NCBI GenBank assembly: GCA_021287065.1
Contig: JAJTBE010000196.1
Coordinates: forward strand, 2,539 to 66,538
DNA: 64,000 nt
Direction: 5' to 3'
Source of the DNA: Bacillota bacterium
GTDB taxonomy: Bacteria > Vulcanimicrobiota > JAJTBE01
Part shown: piece after piece, positions 47,501-56,947 of the stretch
Layout: the number at the start of each line of letters is the position of its first letter
How positions within the stretch are numbered: position 1 is the first letter of the stretch
The notes under the pieces: generated by a model
Seen by the model: only the letters and a program-made list of their open reading frames with translations
Databases searched by the model: none
Told to the model about the DNA's origin: nothing
Program-made: the position numbers and the translations under genes

Positions 47501-49044
47501 TTGAGGAAGACACGACCATTACTCTCGTCAACAGGGAATTTGAGAAGATGACAGGTTACATGAAGGAAGAAATAGAAGGGATAATGAGCTGGACAGATCT
47601 TATAGCTGAAGAGGATCTGGACAGAATGTTCAAATATTATCAGATAAGGATTATCACTCAGGATATTCTTCCAAAGAGCTATTCCACAAAAATTGTGAGA
47701 AAAAGCGGAGAGATAAAGCATGTTGATGTTTCCGTCGCCGTAATTCTTCATACAAACCAGAGAATTGCATCAATTATGGATGTTACAAAAATCAAAAAGA
47801 CGGAAAACAACTTTATCCTGTCTCAGAAAAAGCTGGCTCTCAGCAACAAGATCGCCAATGCGTTCCTTACATTCAGCGATGATCGGACATTTAACGAAGC
47901 ACTGAAGATCATCATAGAAGTAATGAGGAGTGAAACCGGTCTATTCGGATACATTGATGAAAACAGTATGATTGTTTGTCCCTCAGTATGCGGAAAAATA
48001 CCGGAAAAACTGAAGAATGCCATAAACAACGAAACAGTGGATTCACTGGGTGAAAACTCCATCTGGCGTGGTGCGATCAGCGATCAGAAAACCATAATAA
48101 TCAACAGAAAGACTGAACTGCCCGAAGACAGACTTATTCAGGAGGAAACACTTGTTATAAACAGGGCTATCGTTTCGCCAATTATTTACGGAAAACGGAC
48201 CATAGGCCTGCTTGCCATGATCAACAAGGAAACTGATTACAACTATGAAGACGAGGAAACAATCGAATCAATTTGTAATCAGATTGCACCCATACTTTAT
48301 TCCCGGTTTGAAAATATGGCAAAGGAAAAGGAAAAGGAAGAAGCCAGAGAGCAGCTTTTAAAAATAAACAAAGAGCTTAATGATTTTGCACATGTGGTAA
48401 GCCATGATCTGAAATCACCCCTGAATCTTATGAAAGCTCAGATTCAGGCAGCCGGTGAAGATCAGGAATTATTCGGACAGTTGTACCCCAAAATGGTGAA
48501 ACAGGCGGATTACCTGTTATCGTTTATCGATAATCTGCTTAAACTCTCAAGAGCCGGAAGAATAGTGGAACAGAAGATCAATATCAGTTTAAGGCAGCTA
48601 ATCCAGAGCTCCTTCGAATTTCTTGCATCAAACTGCAGGACCTGCGAGCTTAACAACCAGATGCCGCCGCTGAAACTTTATGCGGATTATCAGGGAATGG
48701 ATCAGATTTTCTCCAATCTTATTCAGAATTCCATTAAATTCAAGGATCCAGGTAAGGAAAAGCTTATCATAACAGTCAGCGCCACTGAGAAGAATTCGGA
48801 TTTGGTCATAGTATTTGAAGACAATGGAATCGGTATTGAAGAAACTGTCATCGGCAAGATATTCAATTCCGGTTTTACCACTTCAAAGGAGATGGGAACC
48901 GGATTCGGTCTTGCTATTGTAAGGAAAGTAATCGAAGCCCACAACGGAAAGATAGAAGCATACAGCGAAGGAAAAGGTAAAGGAAGCCGGTTTGTGATTA
49001 CCATACCTGTAGTGGAAGAGGAAAAAACCAGTGATGTAACATAA
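44596..49044 (+). CDS. Hybrid sensor histidine kinase: N-terminal REC, multiple PAS/PAC modules, a GAF-like region, HisKA and HATPase
   Basis: GTG start after GGAGG. REC: DLIISDYEMPMMDGLTLL. Repeated PAS-like blocks. H-box FAHVVSHDLKSPLN. G-boxes DNGIGIE and GTGFGLAIV. Confidence 0.85.
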   Translation: MIDESQKPSLLHIDDSKDFLDIFSMTFRKQFSLTSVLSGSEALEKLRNNSYDLIISDYEMPMMDGLTLLKSVRQLYPDIPIVFLTGQGNERVAREAFINGASDYFTKDLYGFASKEKLSNSINTLLEKRKAEIALQRTHERLGYIIKHDPNAIAVFDNFMNYVFVSDRFIKDYRLSSGDIIGKNHYEIFPEIPEEWKEIHRKVLSGMIISADEDILVRQDGTQDFIKWECRPWWETPDKIGGMIMYTEVITDRKKTEIKLRQSEELYRKLVNTSPDSICITDLQGNLLFGSLRAYEMLGYSIEDNVMGTSPIMMVIPEDREAAYINMMKIMSGEVIGSNEYRMYKKDGSLIYTEINTTPLFDDDGKINSLLSVIRDVTERKKIENKIVHLNKVLKAIRHVNQIIVKEKEPDKLIQEVCKTLIETRGYDFAWIFTLDSKGNPERSYEAGLSEEFHNIINNCEKGDILSCLRKITDVSDPVLSTQFSETCPTCPVRAIYRSNPGILAKIEHEDKLYGYISVSIPDIINIDEEETELFREVAGDVGYAIHNIKTAEEKKNTRIELRKERDMFRKYMDISGVMMLALDQKGNITLINSRGCEILGYRHEELMGKNWFDICIPDEIRESLRNTYLKTIKRESSNPNYFEDHGFHSNSIITRQGIIREISWHNSMLKNENGEIGGVVCSGLDITDINSLKEDSAKDRLLIDSLLEISPASIVVLNREGLITYANIQAEELLKVRKDSIVSLYYNAPEFKITDFDKNPYPNEKLPFNIVKNTQKPVFNVEHCIIGDDESVKYLSINAAPLFDGSGNWDGVLAVIQDISNQILVKKDIENLMEFYRTIIETTGTAIMVFGDDCIITHSNREMEKLSGFPLDEVINKKRWSDFVTGPDLVKMQEYHKLRGDHSDEAPRKYDFVFIDRHGTAKHVMINITLIPNTRMRVASLINITEQKRSEAMYKAMFDNTAMAMVLFEEDTTITLVNREFEKMTGYMKEEIEGIMSWTDLIAEEDLDRMFKYYQIRIITQDILPKSYSTKIVRKSGEIKHVDVSVAVILHTNQRIASIMDVTKIKKTENNFILSQKKLALSNKIANAFLTFSDDRTFNEALKIIIEVMRSETGLFGYIDENSMIVCPSVCGKIPEKLKNAINNETVDSLGENSIWRGAISDQKTIIINRKTELPEDRLIQEETLVINRAIVSPIIYGKRTIGLLAMINKETDYNYEDEETIESICNQIAPILYSRFENMAKEKEKEEAREQLLKINKELNDFAHVVSHDLKSPLNLMKAQIQAAGEDQELFGQLYPKMVKQADYLLSFIDNLLKLSRAGRIVEQKINISLRQLIQSSFEFLASNCRTCELNNQMPPLKLYADYQGMDQIFSNLIQNSIKFKDPGKEKLIITVSATEKNSDLVIVFEDNGIGIEETVIGKIFNSGFTTSKEMGTGFGLAIVRKVIEAHNGKIEAYSEGKGKGSRFVITIPVVEEEKTSDVT

Positions 49045-49059
49045 AGGAGGAGGATAAAA

Positions 49060-49623
49060 ATGAAAAAACTATATTTTGCGGCAGCAGCTCTTTTAGCATT
49101 GTCGGTTGTAATGCCGGTTTTTGCTTTTGACAGGCCTGCGGCAAGGCCCAGACCCACACCTGCAGCAAGGCAGACGAAAGACGGCAGTTCTGCTTCGTCA
49201 AAGACTCTCCCTTCAATAACACCGGCTCAGCAGGCTAATATCCAGAAGCTGGCGGGGGATCTTCAGACAATAAAGGGCAAAAGCACTGTTACTCCTGAGA
49301 TGAAACAGCAGCTTTCAAATGATATAATGGGCATGTGCAAGGGAGCCACAAAACCTTCACAGTCCAGTGTTGACAAGCTCACCACAGATCTTACATCCGC
49401 TTTATCCGACAAGCAGCTTTCGAAACAGGAAATGGTAAAGCTCTCAAAAGATCTCAACTATGTTCTCAATTCCGCCAATATCAGCGACGAACAGATTCAG
49501 CAGATAGTAACCGATGCGGAGACGATTCTCAAATCTTCCGGTATTTCAAAAAGTGATGCGGAAACCATAAAGAACGATCTTCTTGCTATTTCCGGAGAAA
49601 TTAAGAAAAACTACGGAAAATAG
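49060..49623 (+). CDS. Hypothetical secreted helical protein
   Basis: Signal peptide MKKLYFAAAALLALSVVMPVFA. Ser/Lys/Gln-rich. Confidence 0.5.
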   Translation: MKKLYFAAAALLALSVVMPVFAFDRPAARPRPTPAARQTKDGSSASSKTLPSITPAQQANIQKLAGDLQTIKGKSTVTPEMKQQLSNDIMGMCKGATKPSQSSVDKLTTDLTSALSDKQLSKQEMVKLSKDLNYVLNSANISDEQIQQIVTDAETILKSSGISKSDAETIKNDLLAISGEIKKNYGK

Positions 49624-49654
49624 CATTTCACCTTTTTCCATAATCTAATCTTTT

Positions 49655-49686
49655 CCCACAGGGAAGATCCTGTGTTCTTTTTGTTA
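49655..49686 (+). terminator. Rho-independent terminator
   Basis: cacaggg-aagat-ccctgtg hairpin followed by ttctttttg. Confidence 0.45.
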
Positions 49687-49756
49687 CTGTTTTTGCAGGA
49701 AGCTTTGAGAAAAATAATAATAATAGTATCAATAAGTTTTATTTCAGGAGAGGCAA

Positions 49757-52294
49757 TTGAACGAAAACAAGGTAGAAGCTGCAGCAGCGGAAACAGGTGC
49801 AAGGAAAGCTTCGGAAGACTGGAAGCCCGGGGATACAATCCTTGATCTTTACGAAGTCAGGCAGATTTTTGACTCCGGCGGTATGGGTCTTGTTTACAGG
49901 GTTTACCATAGAGGCTGGAATATGGAACTTGCCCTGAAATCACCAAGACCGGCTTTTTTCAGAACACCGGCAGATAAGGAAAAATTCATAAGGGAAGCTG
50001 AGACCTGGATAGATCTTGGTCTGCACCCAAATATTGTTACCTGTTACTATACGAGGGTTCTTGAAGACATACCCCGTATTTTCGCGGAATTTATAAATGA
50101 CGGCAGTCTTGAAAACTGGATTCAGAACGAAAAGCTCTATGAAGGCAGTTATGATGATGTGCTGGACAGGATGCTGGATATTGCCGTTCAGGCGGCATAT
50201 GGGATTCATTATGCCCACGGAATGGGTGTAATTCATCAGGATATTAAGCCTGCCAACATAATGATGACCAAAGACGGATTAGCCAAGGTCTGCGACTTCG
50301 GTTTATCAAAAGCCCGGGCTGTTACAGGGGAGCGTATTGACTTCGGAGCGGAAAAATCGGTGATGGTAAGCAGCGGAGGCCTGACAAGAGCATTCAGCTC
50401 GCCGGAGCAGGCAGCGGGTGAAGCTTTATCGAGGAAAACCGATATATGGTCGTGGGGAATTTCCGTTCTGGAGATGTTTAACGGCGGAGTTTCGTGGTTC
50501 GGCGGTTCTGCTGCACCGGCAGCTCTTGCGGATTATCTGAGAATGGGTCCTGAAAACCCGGCTATTCCCTCAATGCCCTGGCCCCTTGTTGATCTTCTTA
50601 AAAAATGTTTTGTAAGGGATCCCCGGAACAGAATCGGCAGTATGCACGAAGTGATAAGGGATATGAAAGCTGTGTATGAGCATGCCATAGGAAAACCTTA
50701 TCCGAGAAATGCGCCTGCATCGTCTGAACTGCATGCGGACAGTCTCAATAACAGAGCTGTTTCGTATATGGATCTTGGAAGAAGGGAAGAAGCTGTGAAG
50801 GCGCTGGAAGAAGCAATCCAGAGTGATCCCCTGCACCTTCAGGCAAACTTTAACATAGGCCTCACAGGTTTAATTAATGGGAAATACGATGAAAGCCAGT
50901 GGTTAAACCTTCTGAGACAGTCATTCCACAAAGAGGATGTATGGGAAAACGACTACTACTATGCGCTGTTTCTTCTGGAAACAGGAAAAAAGCAGAATGC
51001 GGTTATGTATCTCGAAAGCGCTCTGGAAAAATCCGGCGGTCTTTCTGAAATAAGAAATATTATTGAAAAGATACAGACGGGGCAGCTCCGCAGTTCCAAT
51101 AAAACAGGAAAACCGGGCCTTGTTCTTTCCAGGGTGAAATCCTCAGGTGAAACAGAAGTTATTGCAGACACATTCGGGCAGCTTTTTAAAGAAGCGAAGG
51201 AAGCATTCGATCAGGAAAATTACAAAGTAGCCCTCCAGCTTGCAAGGCAGGCAAGATCCCTTCCCGGATTTGAGAGAAATCAGGAAGTTCTGGATCTGTG
51301 GTTCAACCTTTACCGGAAGGCGGAAAAAACCCATCTCCGGGCAGCATGGCTTTCAAAAAGCCTTGAGGGTCACAGAGAGCCTGTGATTTCCCTTTGTATT
51401 TCATCAGACAGCAACTTCGCTTTGTCCGGAGGTTACGAAGGTTCGCTCAAACTGTGGGATCTGAGGTCGGGACGATGTGTCAGAACCATTGAAGAGTATG
51501 AGGAAGGACAGATTTATCTTTTCATTTCATCCGATGCAAAAATGGCGCTTACAGGAAGCAATCCGGACAGGGTTGTTCTGAGAGAACTTCCTTCGGGCAG
51601 TATTGTATCAGAATTTTCCGTCAGGACGACTTCCGAGGGAGTAGCTTTTGTGGATACAGAAGGAAAAACCGCCGTTACAGAAGGTGAAGATCAGATAGTC
51701 AGACTCTGGGATCTCAGCACCCGTGAGATAATCTGCTCATTCGAAGGCAACAGGGGAGCGGCGGAAATACCGGAACATATGGAGGACGAAGGAATTATTT
51801 CCCTTTGCATGAGCGCCGACGGCGACTGGGCTTTGTCGGGAAGCAGGGATAATTCTTCTGATCTGTGGGATGTATCCGATGGAAAATGTATTTTCTCCTT
51901 TGAAGGACACGAAGGAGCGGTTAATGCAGTATATATTTCAGCAGACGGCAGATGGGCTGCTGCAGGTGGAGACGACAGAGCCATAAAACTCTGGATTCTC
52001 GACTGGGAAATGGATATTCCGAATAAGGATGATGAAAGCGATTTAGACGAACTCATTCATACAAGCATGGAAAATGTAAAACCTTCAGCAAACAAAGTGA
52101 TAAATTTTCTCTCAGACAAAGAGGGAAGCCGGGATCAATCCATGAATGATAATCATGCTTTCAGCGAAGCATCCTTTACAGCGCTTTCCGACTACCTGAG
52201 TTTCATCGGCTGCGGCCGGCTCAGGCAGAGTGAACTGAGGAAAAAGGTAGAGGAATTATCCAATATTGAAAAGAAACAACAGGAAGATGAGTAA
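49757..52294 (+). CDS. Ser/Thr protein kinase with TPR and C-terminal WD40 repeats
   Basis: TTG start. HQDIKPANIMM and DFGLS. TPR region. WD40 signatures (LKLWDL, VRLWDL, SDLWDV, IKLWIL). Confidence 0.85.
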   Translation: MNENKVEAAAAETGARKASEDWKPGDTILDLYEVRQIFDSGGMGLVYRVYHRGWNMELALKSPRPAFFRTPADKEKFIREAETWIDLGLHPNIVTCYYTRVLEDIPRIFAEFINDGSLENWIQNEKLYEGSYDDVLDRMLDIAVQAAYGIHYAHGMGVIHQDIKPANIMMTKDGLAKVCDFGLSKARAVTGERIDFGAEKSVMVSSGGLTRAFSSPEQAAGEALSRKTDIWSWGISVLEMFNGGVSWFGGSAAPAALADYLRMGPENPAIPSMPWPLVDLLKKCFVRDPRNRIGSMHEVIRDMKAVYEHAIGKPYPRNAPASSELHADSLNNRAVSYMDLGRREEAVKALEEAIQSDPLHLQANFNIGLTGLINGKYDESQWLNLLRQSFHKEDVWENDYYYALFLLETGKKQNAVMYLESALEKSGGLSEIRNIIEKIQTGQLRSSNKTGKPGLVLSRVKSSGETEVIADTFGQLFKEAKEAFDQENYKVALQLARQARSLPGFERNQEVLDLWFNLYRKAEKTHLRAAWLSKSLEGHREPVISLCISSDSNFALSGGYEGSLKLWDLRSGRCVRTIEEYEEGQIYLFISSDAKMALTGSNPDRVVLRELPSGSIVSEFSVRTTSEGVAFVDTEGKTAVTEGEDQIVRLWDLSTREIICSFEGNRGAAEIPEHMEDEGIISLCMSADGDWALSGSRDNSSDLWDVSDGKCIFSFEGHEGAVNAVYISADGRWAAAGGDDRAIKLWILDWEMDIPNKDDESDLDELIHTSMENVKPSANKVINFLSDKEGSRDQSMNDNHAFSEASFTALSDYLSFIGCGRLRQSELRKKVEELSNIEKKQQEDE

Positions 52295-53012
52295 AATTAA
52301 CAGTTATTCCATTATGGGAATGAGAGTTGACGATGTTAACATGGAAGAAACTCTCGAAACAATTGACGGTTTTATAAAAAATGGCGGTTCACACCTTGTG
52401 GTTACTCTTGGTGTGGAAATGGTCATGGCTTCTGATAAAGACAAAGAATTCAGCGAAATAGTCAATTCCGCCTCCCTTGTTACTCCCGACTCAGTGGGAA
52501 TACTCTGGGCAGGAAGACGAGCCGGCTATCCTCTGAGGCAGAGGGTCCCCGGTGTGGAACTTATTGATGCAGCAGCAAAAGAATCGGCAAAATACGGATG
52601 GAGAACCTTCTTTCTGGGTGCAAAACCCGGTGTGGCAAAAGCAGCAGGGGAAAAACTAAAGGAAAAGTATCCCGGATTTAATTTTGTGGGCGAGTATCAT
52701 GGATATTTCAAGGATGACGAAGAGCCTCTCAAAGCTATTGAAGAAGCAAAACCGGAAATTATTTTTATCGCACTTGGCTTTCCTGCGCAGGAAAAATGGT
52801 TCATGCGGAACAAGGATCGACTTGGTAACATGGTGGGTGTCGGAATCGGAGGCAGTTTCGATGTGATTTCCGGCAACATCAAAAGAGCGCCGGCAATTTT
52901 CAGAAAACTGGGGCTCGAATGGTTCCACAGGCTTATAACCCAGCCGTCCCGTTTTATGAGGATGGCTGTTTTACCGGCTTTCGCCCTGAAAGTTTTATTC
53001 AAAGGAGTGTAA
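52287..53012 (+). CDS. WecB/TagA/CpsF family glycosyltransferase
   Basis: Start at ATGAGTAA overlapping the upstream stop. SIMGMRVDDVNMEETL and GFPAQEKWF family motifs. Confidence 0.75.
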   Translation: MSKINSYSIMGMRVDDVNMEETLETIDGFIKNGGSHLVVTLGVEMVMASDKDKEFSEIVNSASLVTPDSVGILWAGRRAGYPLRQRVPGVELIDAAAKESAKYGWRTFFLGAKPGVAKAAGEKLKEKYPGFNFVGEYHGYFKDDEEPLKAIEEAKPEIIFIALGFPAQEKWFMRNKDRLGNMVGVGIGGSFDVISGNIKRAPAIFRKLGLEWFHRLITQPSRFMRMAVLPAFALKVLFKGV

Positions 53013-53021
53013 ACCCATAGT

Positions 53022-54095
53022 ATGAAAGCAATGATACTTGCCGCCGGAGAAGGCACCAGACTTTATCCACTGACATACACTCTTCCCAAGCCCATGGTAC
53101 CGGTTATTAACAGACCGGTGATGGAGCATATAATCCTTCATCTCGCAAAACACGGTTTTGATGAAATAATAGTAAATCTTCATTTTCTACCCGAGCATAT
53201 CGAAAATTATTTCCACGATGGTTCCCGTCTGGGAGTAAAAATTATTTATTCCCACGAAATGAAGCCCCTCGGAACAGCAGGGGGAGTCAAAAATGTGGAA
53301 GATCTTTTTGATGATACTTTTATGGTTGTCGGCGGCGACGACCTTTCAGACATAAATCTGACAGAAGTTCTCGAATTCCATAAAAAGAGCCATTCTCTGG
53401 CAACCATAGCCCTTTCAAGAGTAGAGGATGTTTCATCCTATGGTGTTGTGGTTACGGATGAAAAAGGCAAAATTATCGAATTTCAGGAAAAACCTTCGAA
53501 AGAAGAAGCAAAAAGCGAATGGGTAAACACAGGTGTTTACTTTTTTGAACCCGCAATTCTGGATCTTATTCCAAAAGGGGAATTCTACGACTTCGGAAGA
53601 CAGCTTTTCCCAAAACTGAAAGATGACAAATCGCCTTTCTACGGTTTCAGAACCAAAGGATACTGGAAAGATGTGGGCAATCTCAACGAATACCGCCAGA
53701 CACAGCTCGACTGCCTCGGCGAAAAAGTGAAAATCAATTTTCCGGGAAAAGAGATTCAACCCGGCGTGTGGGTTGAAGAAGGCTGCAAAATAGCGGATAA
53801 TGTGAAATTTATCCCGCCTGTGGTTATAGGCAAAAACTGCCACATCGGAAACGGAGCCACCCTGGAAGGTCCTCTTGTAATCGGAAAGTTCAATGTGATT
53901 GAAGATTATGCAAAGGTAACAAGATCGATCATGTGGAACTATAACAATCTCAAAAAAGGCTCAGTTCTTGAAGACTGTCTCACAGGAAGTGAGTGCATCA
54001 TTGAAGAAGAAATGGTGTACGAAGGAACTGTTATCGGCAGCGGCATGAAAAATATCTATGAAAACTATTTTCAGAAAACAAAGGTGAAGAGTTGA
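53022..54095 (+). CDS. NDP-sugar pyrophosphorylase with a C-terminal left-handed beta-helix
   Basis: MKAMILAAGEGTRLYPLTYTLPKPMVPV nucleotidyltransferase signature. Hexapeptide-repeat C-terminus. Confidence 0.75.
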   Translation: MKAMILAAGEGTRLYPLTYTLPKPMVPVINRPVMEHIILHLAKHGFDEIIVNLHFLPEHIENYFHDGSRLGVKIIYSHEMKPLGTAGGVKNVEDLFDDTFMVVGGDDLSDINLTEVLEFHKKSHSLATIALSRVEDVSSYGVVVTDEKGKIIEFQEKPSKEEAKSEWVNTGVYFFEPAILDLIPKGEFYDFGRQLFPKLKDDKSPFYGFRTKGYWKDVGNLNEYRQTQLDCLGEKVKINFPGKEIQPGVWVEEGCKIADNVKFIPPVVIGKNCHIGNGATLEGPLVIGKFNVIEDYAKVTRSIMWNYNNLKKGSVLEDCLTGSECIIEEEMVYEGTVIGSGMKNIYENYFQKTKVKS

Positions 54096-54123
54096 TAAAT
54101 ATCAGTTCTTCAGGGAGGATGAA

Positions 54124-54492
54124 TTGTTAAAAAAGGTTCTTATTGCTGATGATGCGCTTTTTATGCGCATGATGCTCAGGGACATTCTCACAAAAAACGG
54201 GTTTGAAGTTATCGGAGAAGCTGAAAACGGAGAAGAAGCTGTTGAAAGATTCAGAGAACTGAAACCCGACATAGCGCTGATTGATATTCTCATGCCTTTA
54301 ATGGACGGGCTTACAGCCACTGAAAAAATCCTTCAGATCGATCCTGATGCCCATGTGGTTATGATTAGCGCTCTGAGTGAATCTCAGTATGTGGATAAAG
54401 CCCTTGCAATAGGAGCCAGGGATTTTATCGTAAAACCGTTCTCCCCGCCTAATATCGCCGAAGTTCTGGCAAGAGTGGGTAAAAAGGAGTAG
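54124..54492 (+). CDS. Single-domain CheY-like response regulator
   Basis: TTG start after GGAGG. LIADDALFMRMML...IALIDILMPLMDGL...RDFIVKPF. Confidence 0.75.
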   Translation: MLKKVLIADDALFMRMMLRDILTKNGFEVIGEAENGEEAVERFRELKPDIALIDILMPLMDGLTATEKILQIDPDAHVVMISALSESQYVDKALAIGARDFIVKPFSPPNIAEVLARVGKKE

Positions 54493-55746
54493 CTACTTCT
54501 TTATTACCACAAGGTCACCCTCGGATATATCATAATCCTTTGAGGTATCGGTTATCTCTCCGAGGCTTGCCCCTTCAAAAACCTTACCGACAGTAAATAC
54601 ACCGATTTTAAAATATCTCTCGCCTATGATGGTGGTAATCTTATCATCGAAGAGCGGGAGTTTTTTTACTATCAGGAGTTCATCACCGGGTACAATTGCC
54701 AGTTCTTTTCCACCGTTTATAAATACTCTCTTCTCGTTTTCGATTTTGGCTATTTTCAGTTTGGCGTTTTTATCGTTGAAATCCACAGGCATAAGTGTTT
54801 CTCCGATAAGATCCGCATTTTTTGCCTGAGCTATGTACAAAGCCAAATCAGGATCATAGGGTCTGAAATTTATGGCTTTTTTGTAGAAATCCACGGCTTC
54901 GTTATATTTCCCCTTTTTCTCCATATATATGCCCATATTTTTGAGAGCAGTGAAATCGTTGGGGTTTTTATCGAGCTGATCCTGCCATACAGCCGAGGCG
55001 TCATTCCATTTACGCTTCAAAGCCAGCTTTGTGCCTTCATTGTCGGCATCTTCAAGGTTTCTCTTGCGGATGGTGAAATGGGGGGTAAATTTATAAAGAT
55101 TATTTCTGAAAAGTTCTTCGGCATACTTGAAAATCATATCCTTATCCGAGGGAAGATAAGAACTGTCATAGCAGTCATAATCCTTACTGAAACTCTTTCT
55201 GTCCCTGACTGCTCCGATTATCCGCTTTTTATCCTTTGAATAGAAAACCAGATCTATTCTTACAACGCCGGATTGATTCATATAAGGCACATCGTAGGGA
55301 ATCCGTCTGTGAACCCGTTTGCCATTGTCATAATAATAATCATCGCGGTAATATCTTCTGTATCTTGTACCTGTTGAACATTTGGCATCAACTTTGCCGG
55401 AAATAACTCCGTCCACTTCAAGGGTGTCAGCCATTTCATGAAGCATATCCTGATCAGGGGTATCATGAAAACTAATCTGGGCGGATTCAAGCATCTCGTT
55501 GGTCTGTTTCCGATCAAGAACCCTGAAAAACTTCTGATCCCTGATTTTCTGAGCGAACATATCGGCAAGCTCCTCGCCTATTCCGGGGTTATCCCCAAGA
55601 ACATCAGTTACGGCGATAATTTCCATTTTGCCGATATCCCATGCAGATCGTTCATAGTTTTCAAGTTTAATTTCCGTCCCCGCAGCAAAACAGGGACCAC
55701 TGAAAATCGAAACAAAAAGAAATACAAACAGAAATAAAAACTGCAT
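54493..55746 (-). CDS. Hypothetical secreted protein, possibly a CsgG/LpoB-like lipoprotein with TPR
   Basis: Signal peptide. The N-terminal domain pattern is a weak match. TPR-like KGKYNEAVDFYKKAI. Confidence 0.4.
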   Translation of the reverse strand: MQFLFLFVFLFVSIFSGPCFAAGTEIKLENYERSAWDIGKMEIIAVTDVLGDNPGIGEELADMFAQKIRDQKFFRVLDRKQTNEMLESAQISFHDTPDQDMLHEMADTLEVDGVISGKVDAKCSTGTRYRRYYRDDYYYDNGKRVHRRIPYDVPYMNQSGVVRIDLVFYSKDKKRIIGAVRDRKSFSKDYDCYDSSYLPSDKDMIFKYAEELFRNNLYKFTPHFTIRKRNLEDADNEGTKLALKRKWNDASAVWQDQLDKNPNDFTALKNMGIYMEKKGKYNEAVDFYKKAINFRPYDPDLALYIAQAKNADLIGETLMPVDFNDKNAKLKIAKIENEKRVFINGGKELAIVPGDELLIVKKLPLFDDKITTIIGERYFKIGVFTVGKVFEGASLGEITDTSKDYDISEGDLVVIKK

Positions 55747-55834
55747 AAGCGCTCCTATCGGAAATATTCAGGTATGGCAAAAACAAACCAACCGGGCGGA
55801 TCAAATCTGACCGTTTCTGTTTTGTCGTAAATTA

Positions 55835-56788
55835 TCAGAGGTTTATTCTTCTCGCTGTCTGATAATGTCCCGACCAGTAAACATTATTAAGGCTTGTCAC
55901 TTCAACAGGTCTTTTTGCCGTAGGTCTGTGTACAAATTCGCCGTTTCCGATGTAGATACCTACATGAGTATAGTTGCCTCTTTTGTAGGTGTTTTTAAAA
56001 TATACCAGATCGCCGGGTTTAAGCTGTGATTTATCTACCTTTGCTCCGTAATTGGCAAGGCCCTGAGCTGAATACTGGTGTTCAAACCCTTTTGGAGCGC
56101 CTGACCATTCGATAACAGATGAAACAAAATCGGCACAGCGGGCGAAAGATCCCTTGCGGAAATTCTTACCGTCAAATTTGACGGCTGTATTGACCAGTTT
56201 CTGTCCATAAGGAGTTTGAACCTGTTTTTCGGTTTTTGTTTCCGCTGGTTTCTGAGCAAGAGCAGCTTCTTTTGCCCTTTCTCTTTCCTGCTGAACTGCA
56301 AGCCCTTCTGCGTGAATATCTTCAGGGGCTGACGGAGCATGACCGGGCATATTGGTATCATTAACAACTGTGGGGTTAGTGGAGCTTGTGAAGCCGGGGG
56401 GGAGCTGGGACTGCTGCTGACTGACCATTTCAACGGCAGCAGGGGCATTGCTCATTTCCGATGTTTCGTGAGCCATTGCCGGTGTGGTAATAGCAACGGC
56501 GCTGAACAGAGTGAGTCCGATAAGGAAGCTGCTTCCTATTCTGGACATGGTATCTGCCATTCTGGTTAACATTCCGGGACCTGAAGAATCTTTAAGATAA
56601 GAAGCTTCCGACTGCTGGGCGGCTACTTCCGAAGGAATGTTAATCTCGGATTTATCTTCCACTGCTCCTGATGATGCTGATGATAAATCAGGAGTGGTAA
56701 CCTTAATGACTACCCCTTCGTTTTTTGAACCCGGAATATGTAAAGTATAATTATTTGCTGATATGTTTGCTGAGTTAATTCTATCCAT
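55835..56788 (-). CDS. NlpC/P60 (C40) family peptidoglycan peptidase with an MDRIN N-terminus and one internal TM
   Basis: Start set at MDRINSANIS, preceded by GAGGAGG. The track extends to 56833. Hydrophobic segment SFLIGLTLFSAVAITTPAMA. C-terminal Cys/His motifs (ARCADFVSSV, THVGIYIG). Confidence 0.65.
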   Translation of the reverse strand: MDRINSANISANNYTLHIPGSKNEGVVIKVTTPDLSSASSGAVEDKSEINIPSEVAAQQSEASYLKDSSGPGMLTRMADTMSRIGSSFLIGLTLFSAVAITTPAMAHETSEMSNAPAAVEMVSQQQSQLPPGFTSSTNPTVVNDTNMPGHAPSAPEDIHAEGLAVQQERERAKEAALAQKPAETKTEKQVQTPYGQKLVNTAVKFDGKNFRKGSFARCADFVSSVIEWSGAPKGFEHQYSAQGLANYGAKVDKSQLKPGDLVYFKNTYKRGNYTHVGIYIGNGEFVHRPTAKRPVEVTSLNNVYWSGHYQTARRINL

Positions 56789-56947
56789 GAAGGCAATACC
56801 TCCTCGGAGCCATGATACTCCTTTTAGCAGCATGGATCAATATAAAAAATATTAAAATAATGTAAACTTCGAAACATAAAAACGAGGCTGCCCGGAAACG
56901 GAAAGCCTCATTGGATTTTTTTTATATTATTGAAGATAAGTCCGGTT

